Assembly (NCBI GenBank): GCA_913045195.1
Contig: CAJWQR010000005.1
Span: 1-47,331 of the forward strand
Direction: 5' to 3'
Origin: an uncultured Legionellales bacterium
GTDB lineage: Bacteria > Pseudomonadota > Gammaproteobacteria > Eutrophobiales > Eutrophobiaceae
Length of the DNA stretch: 47,331 bases
In this document: in pieces, positions 19,315 to 30,267 of the stretch
Layout: each line of letters opens with the position of its first letter
Numbering within the stretch: position 1 is the stretch's first letter
Translations under genes and position numbers: made by a program
Notes under the pieces: generated by a model
What the model saw: the letters and a program-made list of their open reading frames with translations, nothing else
Databases searched by the model: none
What the model was told of the DNA's origin: nothing

Positions 19315-20688
19315 TTATTGTTTTTTTCTCCTAAATTGAATAAAGACCCCAACGGTTGTTAAAATTATAGGAATCAAAAATAGAAAGCTCACGCCAAGAA
19401 CACCTAATATTATAAACGGTGTTTTTAATTGTGTATCCATAACTGTTTTTGAGGGTATTAAAATAAAATCATCATCATTGCTTAACCAGTTAATCATGCG
19501 CCTTCCTAATTCACCGTTGCCATTATTGGAAAAGTAACCATTAGACAAAAAATCTCCATCACCTATTATTAAAATACGTTGCGATCTAGTTATTAATTTA
19601 TCATCTTCTTCTTTTTCAATATCTCTTTCCATACTCAATCCTAATATAAATGGTCCTTGAGTTTCGGTATCGACATTAAGTTCAATTTCACCTTTTAGTT
19701 CACCCGTCTCATTCCAGGTGTGCTTCCCTGTACTTAATATAGGCTTAGTTGTCCACATTTCTGATTCTTCTATATCAATTGCACCCGCCACTGGGAAAAG
19801 AGTTACAAAATCGAAGTCTTTGGTGATAGGGTGCGCTTGGTATAAGCTTTTTGTAATGAAGGCGATAGTCGGATCTTCAACCCCAATCTCTTGGCCAACC
19901 GTATCAATTATCACGCCTTGGCGGAACTCAATCGATAATTTTTTTGCCAACTTATCTAATTTATACAATGACCCCGGATCGTGCAGCCATAATAAATTAC
20001 CGCCGTTATCAATATAATTTAGAATAGTATCAACCTCGTTTGCAAAATAGTCGCCAGTTGGGCTGGCAATTACGAGTATTTTAGTATTATCAGGAATTAT
20101 TTTTGTCTCTAAAAGATTAATCGGTTGAATACGGTAACCCTCTTTTAAAAGATTATTAGCCCATCCACCTAAATCCTCCTTTGCCGAACTTAATACACTA
20201 CGTTCATCATGCCCTTCAATAAAAGCAATCCATCTTTCTTGATTGCGAAGAAGTCTTTTTAATGTATTAGCAAATACTTGCTCATTATCTGTTTTTAAAT
20301 GTTCGGTTCGCCCTTTATAGCGAACGATAATTTCGCCATCAACAGTAATACCTAGATTGCGTGTTTCATCTGGTGCGGTATCTGGGTTTACAAACCTTAA
20401 GACTATATTTGATTTGTGACGTTGATATTTACCAATAAATTTTTTTATTGCGGGACGCAAAAAAGGCACTTCACTCGCATAAGAAGTTATATCAATTTTT
20501 TCAGGCATTTTTGCCAAGAGCTCAAGACTTACATCTGATAATGAGTGTCTACCATTAACAGTCCAATCATACTCGACAGAATTTTTATAAGTAAACCAAG
20601 CTAATAAAACAGCAGAAATAATAAGCAAACAAAGCATAAGCGCACTATTTAATTTTATTTTCAATCTCTTTTTCTTTGTTATAAACAT
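19315..20688 (-). CDS. GldG-family ABC auxiliary protein (GIFT-type periplasmic domain)
   Basis: N-terminal TM, DWT....SLS, GHDER, GGNLL, GDGDFLSN...INWL, C-terminal TM with RRKK tail. Confidence 0.85.
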   Translation of the reverse strand: MFITKKKRLKIKLNSALMLCLLIISAVLLAWFTYKNSVEYDWTVNGRHSLSDVSLELLAKMPEKIDITSYASEVPFLRPAIKKFIGKYQRHKSNIVLRFVNPDTAPDETRNLGITVDGEIIVRYKGRTEHLKTDNEQVFANTLKRLLRNQERWIAFIEGHDERSVLSSAKEDLGGWANNLLKEGYRIQPINLLETKIIPDNTKILVIASPTGDYFANEVDTILNYIDNGGNLLWLHDPGSLYKLDKLAKKLSIEFRQGVIIDTVGQEIGVEDPTIAFITKSLYQAHPITKDFDFVTLFPVAGAIDIEESEMWTTKPILSTGKHTWNETGELKGEIELNVDTETQGPFILGLSMERDIEKEEDDKLITRSQRILIIGDGDFLSNGYFSNNGNGELGRRMINWLSNDDDFILIPSKTVMDTQLKTPFIILGVLGVSFLFLIPIILTTVGVFIQFRRKKQ

Positions 20689-20695
20689 AAACTAG

Positions 20696-21442
20696 TTATC
20701 CATATATTCGTTCTGTATCAAGACGCCAGATACATAAAATGATGAAAAATATAGTCAAAATAATGTAATAGAAAATGTCGATTGAATTAAATAACCCGCT
20801 TAAAAAATTATTATAATGGCTAACTAAAGATAAATATGAAACTATCTCGGCAGTTTTTAATGATGAGTTTGTTCCGCCAATTGTTATAATCAAGAGAAAA
20901 AATAAAACACCAAATGTGCTAATGGCAGCTATAGCAGGAGAGTTAGTAAGAGATGATAAAAATAGTCCGATTGATGCAATAGAAGTCATAAGCAGCAATA
21001 AACCAATAAATGCAGAAGCAACTTGGCCCAAATCAAGATGTGTCCCAAACAATAAAGAGGCAGGCATTAAAGTAATCAAAATCAAAATCAACATATAAAA
21101 TATTGTTATACCGAAAAATTTACCTAACACTATCTCAGTTATGGTTATTGGTGATGAAAATAATAATTTTATTGTTCCTAGTTGACGTTCTTCAGCAATT
21201 AAACGCATAGTAATCAAAGGAGATATCATTAATATAATGTAGGCGGCAAATCCATACATCGTAGAAACCACAGCGTCAGTCAAACCAGAGGCCACAGAAG
21301 CTGGTTGCAAATATGTAATTAATGGGACATAGAAAAAAATTGCTACTAAAAATTGAACTAGAGCAAGAATTACCCAGGCAAGCGGTGATTTGAAAAAACG
21401 ACGTAATTCATTGCCAGCAATCAAAATTATATTATTAATCAT
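20696..21442 (-). CDS. ABC-2 type permease, GldF-like
   Basis: NELRRFFKSPLAW, TMRLIAEERQLGTIKLL, IVLGKF, about 6 TM helices. Confidence 0.88.
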   Translation of the reverse strand: MINNIILIAGNELRRFFKSPLAWVILALVQFLVAIFFYVPLITYLQPASVASGLTDAVVSTMYGFAAYIILMISPLITMRLIAEERQLGTIKLLFSSPITITEIVLGKFFGITIFYMLILILITLMPASLLFGTHLDLGQVASAFIGLLLLMTSIASIGLFLSSLTNSPAIAAISTFGVLFFLLIITIGGTNSSLKTAEIVSYLSLVSHYNNFLSGLFNSIDIFYYIILTIFFIILCIWRLDTERIYG

Positions 21443-21459
21443 TCCGAATTCATCTTTAG

Positions 21460-22194
21460 CTATTGGTTACTATCTTCTGTTAAACGCATAAAGGTCGATT
21501 CAAGTGAATCGCCATTTGCCAATAATTCCTTTAAATATTGGTCTAATACAATACTTCCATTATTTATAATTAATACACGATCACAAATAGCTTCAACCTC
21601 AGAGAGAATATGAGTAGAGAGCATAATGCTGTGGTCAATACTTAGTTCTAACATTAATTTTCTTATTTCAAGAATTTGTTTTGGGTCAAGACCAGAAGTT
21701 GGTTCATCAAGAATAATAACCGCAGGCGTATGAATTATTGCCTGCGCTATACCAACACGTTGTTTATAGCCTTTTGAAAGGTTTTGTATTAAACGGTTAC
21801 CAGAAGTTTCTAAACCACAACGTTTTTTACAAGATGTAACTTTTTCGCTGAGATTAACTTTTTTTACGCCGCGTAATTTTGCTGTATAAAATAAATATTC
21901 GTCTACTGTTAAATCATTATATAGTGGCAATTGCTCTGGTAAAAAACCAATGTTCTGTTTAGCTTGTTGTGGAGCATCTTGAATGTCATAACCTGCGATA
22001 TTAACGGAACCATTATTAGCAGCAATCACCCCACAAATAATTTGCATGGTTGTTGATTTGCCAGCACCGTTTGGGCCTAGTAATCCAAGAATTTCACCAT
22101 GGGGGAGAACGAAACTTACATTTTCTATTGCGCGTACTTGACCATAAAAACGTGAAAGATCATTGGCCGATATAAGAGGTTTATTTTTTTTCAT
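21460..22194 (-). CDS. ABC transporter ATP-binding protein, GldA-like
   Basis: GPNGAGKSTT, LSKGYKQRVG signature, LDEPTSGLDP, STHIL. Confidence 0.92.
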   Translation of the reverse strand: MKKNKPLISANDLSRFYGQVRAIENVSFVLPHGEILGLLGPNGAGKSTTMQIICGVIAANNGSVNIAGYDIQDAPQQAKQNIGFLPEQLPLYNDLTVDEYLFYTAKLRGVKKVNLSEKVTSCKKRCGLETSGNRLIQNLSKGYKQRVGIAQAIIHTPAVIILDEPTSGLDPKQILEIRKLMLELSIDHSIMLSTHILSEVEAICDRVLIINNGSIVLDQYLKELLANGDSLESTFMRLTEDSNQ

Positions 22195-22205
22195 AGCGCA
22201 CTTGT

Positions 22206-22232
22206 AAAAATAGCGCTGAATAGCACTATTTT
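22206..22232 (-). terminator. probable intrinsic terminator of rpmB-rpmG
   Basis: Minus strand AAAATAGTGCT-ATTC-AGCGCTATTTTT: a hairpin with one U-G pair ending in a U-tract and overlapping the rpmG stop. Confidence 0.6.
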
Positions 22233-22381
22233 ATCTTTGATTCTTTATATATAACGTGTTTTCGAACGACAGGATCAAATTTTTTAATTTCTATTTTATC
22301 TGGTGTGGCACGTTTATTTTTTGTTGTTGTATAGTAGTGCCCAGTATTTGCAGAAGAGACAAGTTTAATTTTATCACGCAT
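22226..22381 (-). CDS. rpmG: 50S ribosomal protein L33 (51 aa, Zn-free type)
   Basis: Read by hand: [51 protein letters not shown], directly after rpmB. Confidence 0.98.
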   Translation of the reverse strand: MRDKIKLVSSANTGHYYTTTKNKRATPDKIEIKKFDPVVRKHVIYKESKIK

Positions 22382-22392
22382 TAGTAACTACC

Positions 22393-22629
22393 TTAGATTT
22401 TTTTATCACGGGTACGCATATCAGCAAGAACATTTTCAATGCCTTTTTTATCAATAATTCGAACACCTTTTTTACTGACAAGTAACCTGATCCAACGATT
22501 TTCGCTTTCTATCCAGAAGCGTCTTGATTGTAAATTAGGCAAAAAACGGCGTTTTGTTTTATTATTGGCGTGGGATACATTATTCCCGGCCATTGGCCTT
22601 TTACCTGTTATCTGACAAACTCGTGACAT
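22393..22629 (-). CDS. rpmB: 50S ribosomal protein L28
   Basis: [30 protein letters not shown]. Confidence 0.98.
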   Translation of the reverse strand: MSRVCQITGKRPMAGNNVSHANNKTKRRFLPNLQSRRFWIESENRWIRLLVSKKGVRIIDKKGIENVLADMRTRDKKI

Positions 22630-22668
22630 TGTTAATTCTCTATATTACTGAAAAAAAAGCGAGCGCGG

Positions 22669-22697
22669 ATTGTACATCGATTAAACCTTGAATCCAA
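22669..22697 (-). promoter_or_regulatory. sigma70 promoter of rpmB-rpmG with GC-rich discriminator
   Basis: TTGGAT-N17-TACAAT followed by CCGCGCTCGC. Confidence 0.75.
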
Positions 22698-22764
22698 GCG
22701 TTGTACGGGCCAGGCATTTTTAATAATCGCTAATGACCATATTTAAAGCGCTGAAACTTCATGC

Positions 22765-22787
22765 TACCTGAATGAATAATTCAGGTA
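22765..22787. repeat. perfect 9-bp inverted repeat upstream of coaBC
   Basis: TACCTGAAT-GAATA-ATTCAGGTA. Confidence 0.6.
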
Positions 22788-22800
22788 AAATCAAAATATT

Positions 22801-24015
22801 ATGCATACATTAATTGGTAAACGAATTGTTTTGGGTGTCACCGGCGGTATTTCCGCCTATAAAGCGGCTTTTTTGGTCCGTCTTTTAAGGAAAAATGGAG
22901 CTAACGTCCGTGTTGTTATGACACAAAGCGCCACCAAATTTGTGGCACCTTTGACTTTCCAGGCCTTGTCAGAGAAACCGGTTCACACAGAATTACTTGA
23001 TTTAAATACAGAGACGGCCATGGGCCATATTGAATTAGCAAAATGGGCTGATTTGATTCTCATTGCTCCGGCGAGCGCAAATTTTATTGCCAGATATGCC
23101 AATGGATTTGCCGAAGATTTATTAAGCACTTTATGCCTAGCAACTGGCAGCCCAGTTATTATTGCCCCAGCAATGAACCAGCAAATGTGGCGCAATCAGG
23201 CAACGCAAGAGAACCTGGAAAAAATAAATGCCAGAGGGATTACTGTTGTTGGTCCAACAGCAGGCGTACAAGCTTGTGGTGATGATGGTCCTGGCCGTAT
23301 GCTTGAACCAGAGGAGATAGTGACGTATGCAGGCAATATATTTCAAACAAATATTCTGACGGGCTCACGCCTATTAGTAACCGCTGGCCCAACTCGAGAG
23401 GCAATTGATCCTGTACGATTTTTAAGCAACCGTAGCTCTGGTCGTATGGGATATGCGGTTGCTACTGCGGCAGCGGAAGCAGGCGCAGATGTTACACTTA
23501 TTTCAGGTCCTGTTGATCTTGCAGCAATAGGAATAGAGAAAGTTGTGTACGTAACATCTGCTAAAGAAATGCAAGAATCCGTAATGCAAAGAATTAACAA
23601 TATAGATATTTTTATTTCAGCAGCAGCTGTCGCTGATTATAGTGCGCAGAAAATATCAGAACAAAAAATAAAAAAATCAGATGATACTTTTGAATTAATA
23701 ATGCAGAAAAACCCGGATATTTTAGCCGAGGTTTCAGCTTTATATGATGCGCCATTTACAGTTGGTTTTGCAGCAGAAACAGAAAACCTTGAATTAAATG
23801 CTCAAACAAAACTACATTTGAAAAATCTTGATATGATCGCTGCAAATCAGGTAGACAAAAAATTAGGAATAGATTGCGATGAAAATGCTTTAACTATATT
23901 TTGGAAGACAGGGCGTGAAAAGTTACCGCTTGCACCAAAAAACAAATTAGCAAGAAGCCTTATAAAATTAATTGCGCTTCAATACAATGAAAAAAATTCA
24001 AATAAAACTCATTGA
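22801..24015 (+). CDS. coaBC: phosphopantothenoylcysteine decarboxylase/ligase
   Basis: [48 protein letters not shown]. Confidence 0.97.
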   Translation: MHTLIGKRIVLGVTGGISAYKAAFLVRLLRKNGANVRVVMTQSATKFVAPLTFQALSEKPVHTELLDLNTETAMGHIELAKWADLILIAPASANFIARYANGFAEDLLSTLCLATGSPVIIAPAMNQQMWRNQATQENLEKINARGITVVGPTAGVQACGDDGPGRMLEPEEIVTYAGNIFQTNILTGSRLLVTAGPTREAIDPVRFLSNRSSGRMGYAVATAAAEAGADVTLISGPVDLAAIGIEKVVYVTSAKEMQESVMQRINNIDIFISAAAVADYSAQKISEQKIKKSDDTFELIMQKNPDILAEVSALYDAPFTVGFAAETENLELNAQTKLHLKNLDMIAANQVDKKLGIDCDENALTIFWKTGREKLPLAPKNKLARSLIKLIALQYNEKNSNKTH

Positions 24016-24442
24016 TAAGCGGTTAGGTAACGAGTTTATAATGCCTAATTATGCAACGGAGGGTTCAGCTGGTTTAGATTTATGTGCTTGTATCGATGAA
24101 ACTTTAACTATACATCCGGGCGAAACGATTTTAGTATCTGCAGGCTTTGCAATTCACATTGCTGATAAATCTTTTGCTGCGATGTTGTTACCTCGATCTG
24201 GCCTTGGGCACAAATTTGGTATTGTTCTTGGCAACCTTACGGGATTAATTGATTCAGATTACCAAGGCGAGATTTTTTTATCATGCTGGAATAGAGGAAA
24301 TACTTTATTCAAAATAAATCCTGGAGATAGAATTGCACAAATGATAATTGTTCCTGTCGTGCAACCTGATTTCGAATTTGTTGATTCATTCAATGAGACC
24401 GTAAGAGGCTCTGGTGGTTTTGGGCATACTGGCGTGTCTTAA
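23987..24442 (+). CDS. dut: dUTP diphosphatase
   Basis: [38 protein letters not shown] 23987 preferred over TTG 23972. Confidence 0.97.
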   Translation: MKKIQIKLIDKRLGNEFIMPNYATEGSAGLDLCACIDETLTIHPGETILVSAGFAIHIADKSFAAMLLPRSGLGHKFGIVLGNLTGLIDSDYQGEIFLSCWNRGNTLFKINPGDRIAQMIIVPVVQPDFEFVDSFNETVRGSGGFGHTGVS

Positions 24443-24445
24443 AAT

Positions 24446-25846
24446 ATGGGCGAAGAAAACGAAGGCTTAGATTTTAATTCTGTAATCTTCCGGGCGTATG
24501 ATATTCGCGGAGTTTTTGGAGAAGAGCTTAGCTGCGAAGTGGTGTATGAAATTGCCAGGGCTATTGGCACAATGGCCCGTAAAAAAAAGCAGAAAAACAT
24601 TATAGTTGGCCGTGACGGAAGAATATCAAGCCCGGAACTTCATCAAGTTTTGATTAATGGATTAAGAGGTACCGGAATAAATATTATTGATATTGGTATT
24701 GTCCCCACACCAGCCACTTATTTTGCAAGTTATCATTTACAGGCAAATAATTGTGTAATGATAACAGGCAGTCATAATGCTGCCGAGTATAATGGTCTAA
24801 AAACAGTTATTGCTAACAATTCACTGTCAGGCATTGGTATCCAGGAAATTAGACAATATTTGATTTCAAAAGAATATGAAGTTGGCCAAGGCACGTTGCA
24901 GCAAAAAGATATTTCAACTGATTATATCCAGCGTATTTTAAGCGGCGTAAATATTGCGGGAAAGACTCCATTAAAGATTGTTGTTGATTGTGGGAATGGA
25001 TCCGCAGGTGAAATCGCCCCCAAACTATTCGATGCGCTTAATTGCAATGCAGTTATGATGTTCCCAGAAATTGATGGCAGTTTTCCAAACCACCACCCCG
25101 ATCCTAGTCAGCCTGAAAACTTAAAAGATCTTATGGATAAGGTCAAAGAGGAAAAAGCAGATATTGGCTTCGCATTTGACGGCGATGGCGATCGACTAGG
25201 TGTAATTGATGCTGATGGCAACATAATATGGCCAGACCGTCAATTAATGTTGTTAGCAAAAGACGTTTTGTCGCGCAACAAAGGAAGCCACATTATATTC
25301 GATGTTAAGTGTACTCGACATCTGAAATCAATAATTGAATCTAATAACGGTAGAGCATTAATGTGGAAAACAGGACATTCATTCATTAAGCATAAAATGA
25401 ATGAGGTCAATGCGCCTTTAGCAGGCGAAATGAGTGGCCATATATTTTTTAAAGAACGTTGGTATGGATTTGATGATGCACTTTATACAGCTGCTCGGTT
25501 TATTGAAATCTTTTCAAACAGCAAGAAAACACCAACAGAATTATTTGCTGAATTACCCTGTGGGGTTTCTACTCCTGAATTAAGAATGTCATTGGTGGAA
25601 AATGAACATACTAATTTTATGAAAGAATTTTCAGATAATATTTTTACATTAAATGCTGATATTATAGATATCGATGGTTTGCGAGCTGAGTATAATGATG
25701 GATGGGGCTTAGTAAGACCCTCAAATACATCACCTTACATTATTTTTAGATTCGAAGGCGATACAGCATTAGCACTTAAACGTATAAAGTCTGAATTTCG
25801 CCGTATAGTTAGACTTATAAAACCAACTGCAGATATACCATTTTAA
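24446..25846 (+). CDS. algC: phosphomannomutase/phosphoglucomutase
   Basis: FRAYDIRG, TGSHN, FDGDGDR, GEMSGH. Lies between dut and argB. Confidence 0.94.
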   Translation: MGEENEGLDFNSVIFRAYDIRGVFGEELSCEVVYEIARAIGTMARKKKQKNIIVGRDGRISSPELHQVLINGLRGTGINIIDIGIVPTPATYFASYHLQANNCVMITGSHNAAEYNGLKTVIANNSLSGIGIQEIRQYLISKEYEVGQGTLQQKDISTDYIQRILSGVNIAGKTPLKIVVDCGNGSAGEIAPKLFDALNCNAVMMFPEIDGSFPNHHPDPSQPENLKDLMDKVKEEKADIGFAFDGDGDRLGVIDADGNIIWPDRQLMLLAKDVLSRNKGSHIIFDVKCTRHLKSIIESNNGRALMWKTGHSFIKHKMNEVNAPLAGEMSGHIFFKERWYGFDDALYTAARFIEIFSNSKKTPTELFAELPCGVSTPELRMSLVENEHTNFMKEFSDNIFTLNADIIDIDGLRAEYNDGWGLVRPSNTSPYIIFRFEGDTALALKRIKSEFRRIVRLIKPTADIPF

Positions 25847-25907
25847 ATTTAATACACAAAAATGACCGCGAATAATTTTTAAAACAATTTTTTAATATAA
25901 ATTCTAA

Positions 25908-27424
<1,517 letters not shown>

Positions 27425-27429
27425 TTTTA

Positions 27430-28044
27430 TTATAACCCCTTAAGTTTTTTAAATTCTGAAATATATTCCATATACATTTTTTTGATTTGTTCCTTTTCAG
27501 CTATTTTATTTTTTATATATTTTTTATTATCAGAAATATGTTCATTAAGTAATTCAGCGTTATTAAACTTTTTATCCTCCCCGTCAATTTGTTTGGTGAC
27601 TGGGTTTTCATTAAGTTCATCATCAAGCGAATATTGTAACTTTATAATGCGTTTTTGTGTGATCTTAATAGTTGATTCAACAGCTTCTATTTTTTGGTCG
27701 CGTGCCATTTCGATCTCTTCAATATTAGAGAATGTCTCGAGTAACATTTTATGACGTGCTTTTTTGACCCGTTCTTTTTCTTTTTCTCGAGCAATGATTG
27801 CCGCTTCTTTTTTTGCCTTTTCTAATTCTTCTTTGGTTTTAATTCTTTCTTTTTCTTCCAGAACAATGCCGCCTTTACTTAATTCTTGATAACCTTTTTG
27901 TATATATTCTGGCGGTATTTTATCACCACATTCTTTTATGCCTTCACTATTTTCCCAACATTTCATTCGAGCGCTAACATGGTTAGCGAGAATCATTTCG
28001 CATAGTATAAAAAAAATAATTAAATTTAATAATTTTTTACTCAT
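27430..28044 (-). CDS. exported DUF4124-like protein with coiled coil
   Basis: Signal peptide, KCWENSEGIKECGDKIPP, LLETFS..EEIE.ARD coiled region. Downstream of pyrE. Confidence 0.65.
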   Translation of the reverse strand: MSKKLLNLIIFFILCEMILANHVSARMKCWENSEGIKECGDKIPPEYIQKGYQELSKGGIVLEEKERIKTKEELEKAKKEAAIIAREKEKERVKKARHKMLLETFSNIEEIEMARDQKIEAVESTIKITQKRIIKLQYSLDDELNENPVTKQIDGEDKKFNNAELLNEHISDNKKYIKNKIAEKEQIKKMYMEYISEFKKLKGL

Positions 28045-28110
28045 AAAAGCCTAGTTTAGATGTTATTAATATTTATTTTTCATTATTATAATATGGCTCT
28101 CATTTTGAAG

Positions 28111-28761
28111 TCATTCGTTAATTTCACCATATTGCAGACTATAGGTGTTTATTGCTTCAAGGTGTTTCTTTAGATTATCATTTTTATTTATAAATGAGAT
28201 GATATCATTTAAGTTTACTATGCTAATAATCTTGATCTTATATTTTTCTTGCGCTTCTTGAATAGCAGATTTTTTACCTTCTCCTCGTTCTTGTCTATTC
28301 ACAGCAACGATTGCCCCAATTACAGTTCCCCCTTTTGAACGAACTATATCTACCGATTCTTTTATCGACGTTCCTGCAGATATTACATCATCAATAACGA
28401 TAACACGATTATGAATTTCAGCGCCAAATGTCGCCCCACCTTCTCCGTGGTCTTTTATTTCTTTTCGATTAAAACAAAACGGGTAATTATTACCAAAAAC
28501 TTCATGGAACGAGATAGCCGTAGCTGTAGCTAACGGGATTCCTTTGTAGGCGGGACCATAGATCATATCAAATTTGATTTCTGCCTTGTGAAGAGCTTCT
28601 GCATAAAATCTACCAAGCTTTGCCAAGCTTTTTCCGTCATTAAACGACCCTGTATTGAAGAAATAGGGGCTTATGCGGCCTGATTTAAGTTTATACTCAC
28701 CAAAACATAACGCTTTTCTTTCGATTGCGAACTCAATAAATTCTTTTTGATACTTTTCCAT
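28111..28761 (-). CDS. pyrE: orotate phosphoribosyltransferase
   Basis: LKSGRISPYFFN, GPAYKGIP, FNRKEIKDHGEGG, VIDDVISAGT. Confidence 0.98.
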   Translation of the reverse strand: MEKYQKEFIEFAIERKALCFGEYKLKSGRISPYFFNTGSFNDGKSLAKLGRFYAEALHKAEIKFDMIYGPAYKGIPLATATAISFHEVFGNNYPFCFNRKEIKDHGEGGATFGAEIHNRVIVIDDVISAGTSIKESVDIVRSKGGTVIGAIVAVNRQERGEGKKSAIQEAQEKYKIKIISIVNLNDIISFINKNDNLKKHLEAINTYSLQYGEINE

Positions 28762-28842
28762 TGAAGCCTCTTAATTTAACCAACAAATTAAAAATGATTC
28801 TGTCTGTATGATACAGTGCAAAATAAATAGGGGATAGTTTGG

Positions 28843-29619
28843 ATGAGAGTAATTTCGATAAATGTTAATGGAATACGTGCCGCTCATAGAAAAAAATTTT
28901 TTATTTGGCTACAAAAGCAAGATGCCGATATCGTATGTGTGCAGGAGACAAAAGCACAAGTTGAGCAATTGACAGAAGAAATAATTAAACCAAAAGGATA
29001 TTATTCATATTTTAATGATGCTCTTAAAAAAGGCTACAGTGGTGTTGCCATATACTCTCGTATAGAACCAGATAAGATTATTGATAAAATTGGATGGAGA
29101 GAAGCTGATGATGAAGGACGTTATCTCCAAGCTAATTTTGGTAAATTAAGCATTGTCTCTCTATATCTCCCATCAGGTTCGTCTAGCGAAGAACGACAGA
29201 CAATAAAGTTTGATTTTCTAGATCGTTTTATACCGGTCTTAAAAAAAATGCGCCGCCAAAAACGAGAATATATTATTTGTGGCGATTGGAATATTGCCCA
29301 TAAGAAAATTGATATTAAAAATTGGAAAGGAAATCAGAAAAATTCTGGTTTTCTACCAGAAGAGCGTTCATGGATGGATAATTTATTTAATAAGTTGGGC
29401 ATGGTTGATTCATTTCGTGTCGTTAACCAAGAGGCAGAACAATATACATGGTGGTCAAACCGTGGACAGGCGTGGGCAAAGAATGTGGGTTGGCGCATAG
29501 ACTATCAAATAGTTACGCCTGGGTTAAAAGATAAAATAAGAACTGCGTCAATTTATAAAGACGAGCGTTTTTCAGATCATGCACCCTTGATTACTGACTA
29601 TGATTTAAAACTAGTATAG
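28843..29619 (+). CDS. xth: exodeoxyribonuclease III family AP endonuclease (at the crc-syntenic locus)
   Basis: NVNGIRA, CVQETK, GYSGV, GDWN, GWRIDY, SDHAP. Confidence 0.92.
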   Translation: MRVISINVNGIRAAHRKKFFIWLQKQDADIVCVQETKAQVEQLTEEIIKPKGYYSYFNDALKKGYSGVAIYSRIEPDKIIDKIGWREADDEGRYLQANFGKLSIVSLYLPSGSSSEERQTIKFDFLDRFIPVLKKMRRQKREYIICGDWNIAHKKIDIKNWKGNQKNSGFLPEERSWMDNLFNKLGMVDSFRVVNQEAEQYTWWSNRGQAWAKNVGWRIDYQIVTPGLKDKIRTASIYKDERFSDHAPLITDYDLKLV

Positions 29620-29664
29620 TTATGTATTAGATTCAATATGTGCATGTACGTATAACAGCCTTAA

Positions 29665-30267
29665 TTATTTTTTACTGCAAAAACGATAAATTGCAATTTC
29701 CCCTAGTAAATTAGGAAATATATTCATTCCCAAACTAATTTGATGAGCATGATCAACAGTCGCTCTCTCAAGTATCTCTATATTTTTTTTTGCGCATAAA
29801 CTTTCAAAATCGTCTAATGAACATAGATGAATGTTTGGTGTGTTGTACCATTCATAAGGTAAGGTTTTGGATTTGGGCATATGCCCCCCAAGCGCCATTT
29901 GTATTCGACATTTCCAATGGGCCATATTAGGGAAGGTCACAATTGCTTCATGCCCAACTCGAGTCATTTCTGTTAACAACTTTTCAGGATAATAAATTGC
30001 CTGAAGTGTTTGAGTCATTATGACATAATCGAATGTATTATTTTCAAACTGAGATAAGCCAGCATCAAGGTCAGTTTGTATTACATTAACACCACTTTGT
30101 ATACATTTAACAATGTTATCCTCATCAATCTCAACCCCATAACCAGTAACGTTTTGTTTTTTTTGTAAGCCCGCAAGCAGTGCCCCGTCCCCGCAGCCCA
30201 GGTCAAGTACTCGAGTATTATCTTTAATCCATTTAGCAATTAAAGAGTGATCGGTTCTTAGTGTCAT
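29665..30267 (-). CDS. metW: methionine biosynthesis protein MetW
   Basis: [26 protein letters not shown]. Coupled to metX. Confidence 0.95.
   Translation of the reverse strand: MTLRTDHSLIAKWIKDNTRVLDLGCGDGALLAGLQKKQNVTGYGVEIDEDNIVKCIQSGVNVIQTDLDAGLSQFENNTFDYVIMTQTLQAIYYPEKLLTEMTRVGHEAIVTFPNMAHWKCRIQMALGGHMPKSKTLPYEWYNTPNIHLCSLDDFESLCAKKNIEILERATVDHAHQISLGMNIFPNLLGEIAIYRFCSKK

Noticed and set aside
24760-24800. AlgC loop SHNAAEYNG instead of SHNPPxYNG
   Set aside because: The catalytic Ser and the DGDGD metal loop are intact, so there is no case for inactivation.
28800-28816. CTGT...ACAG as a LexA box
   Set aside because: Spacing is N5 or N9, not N8.
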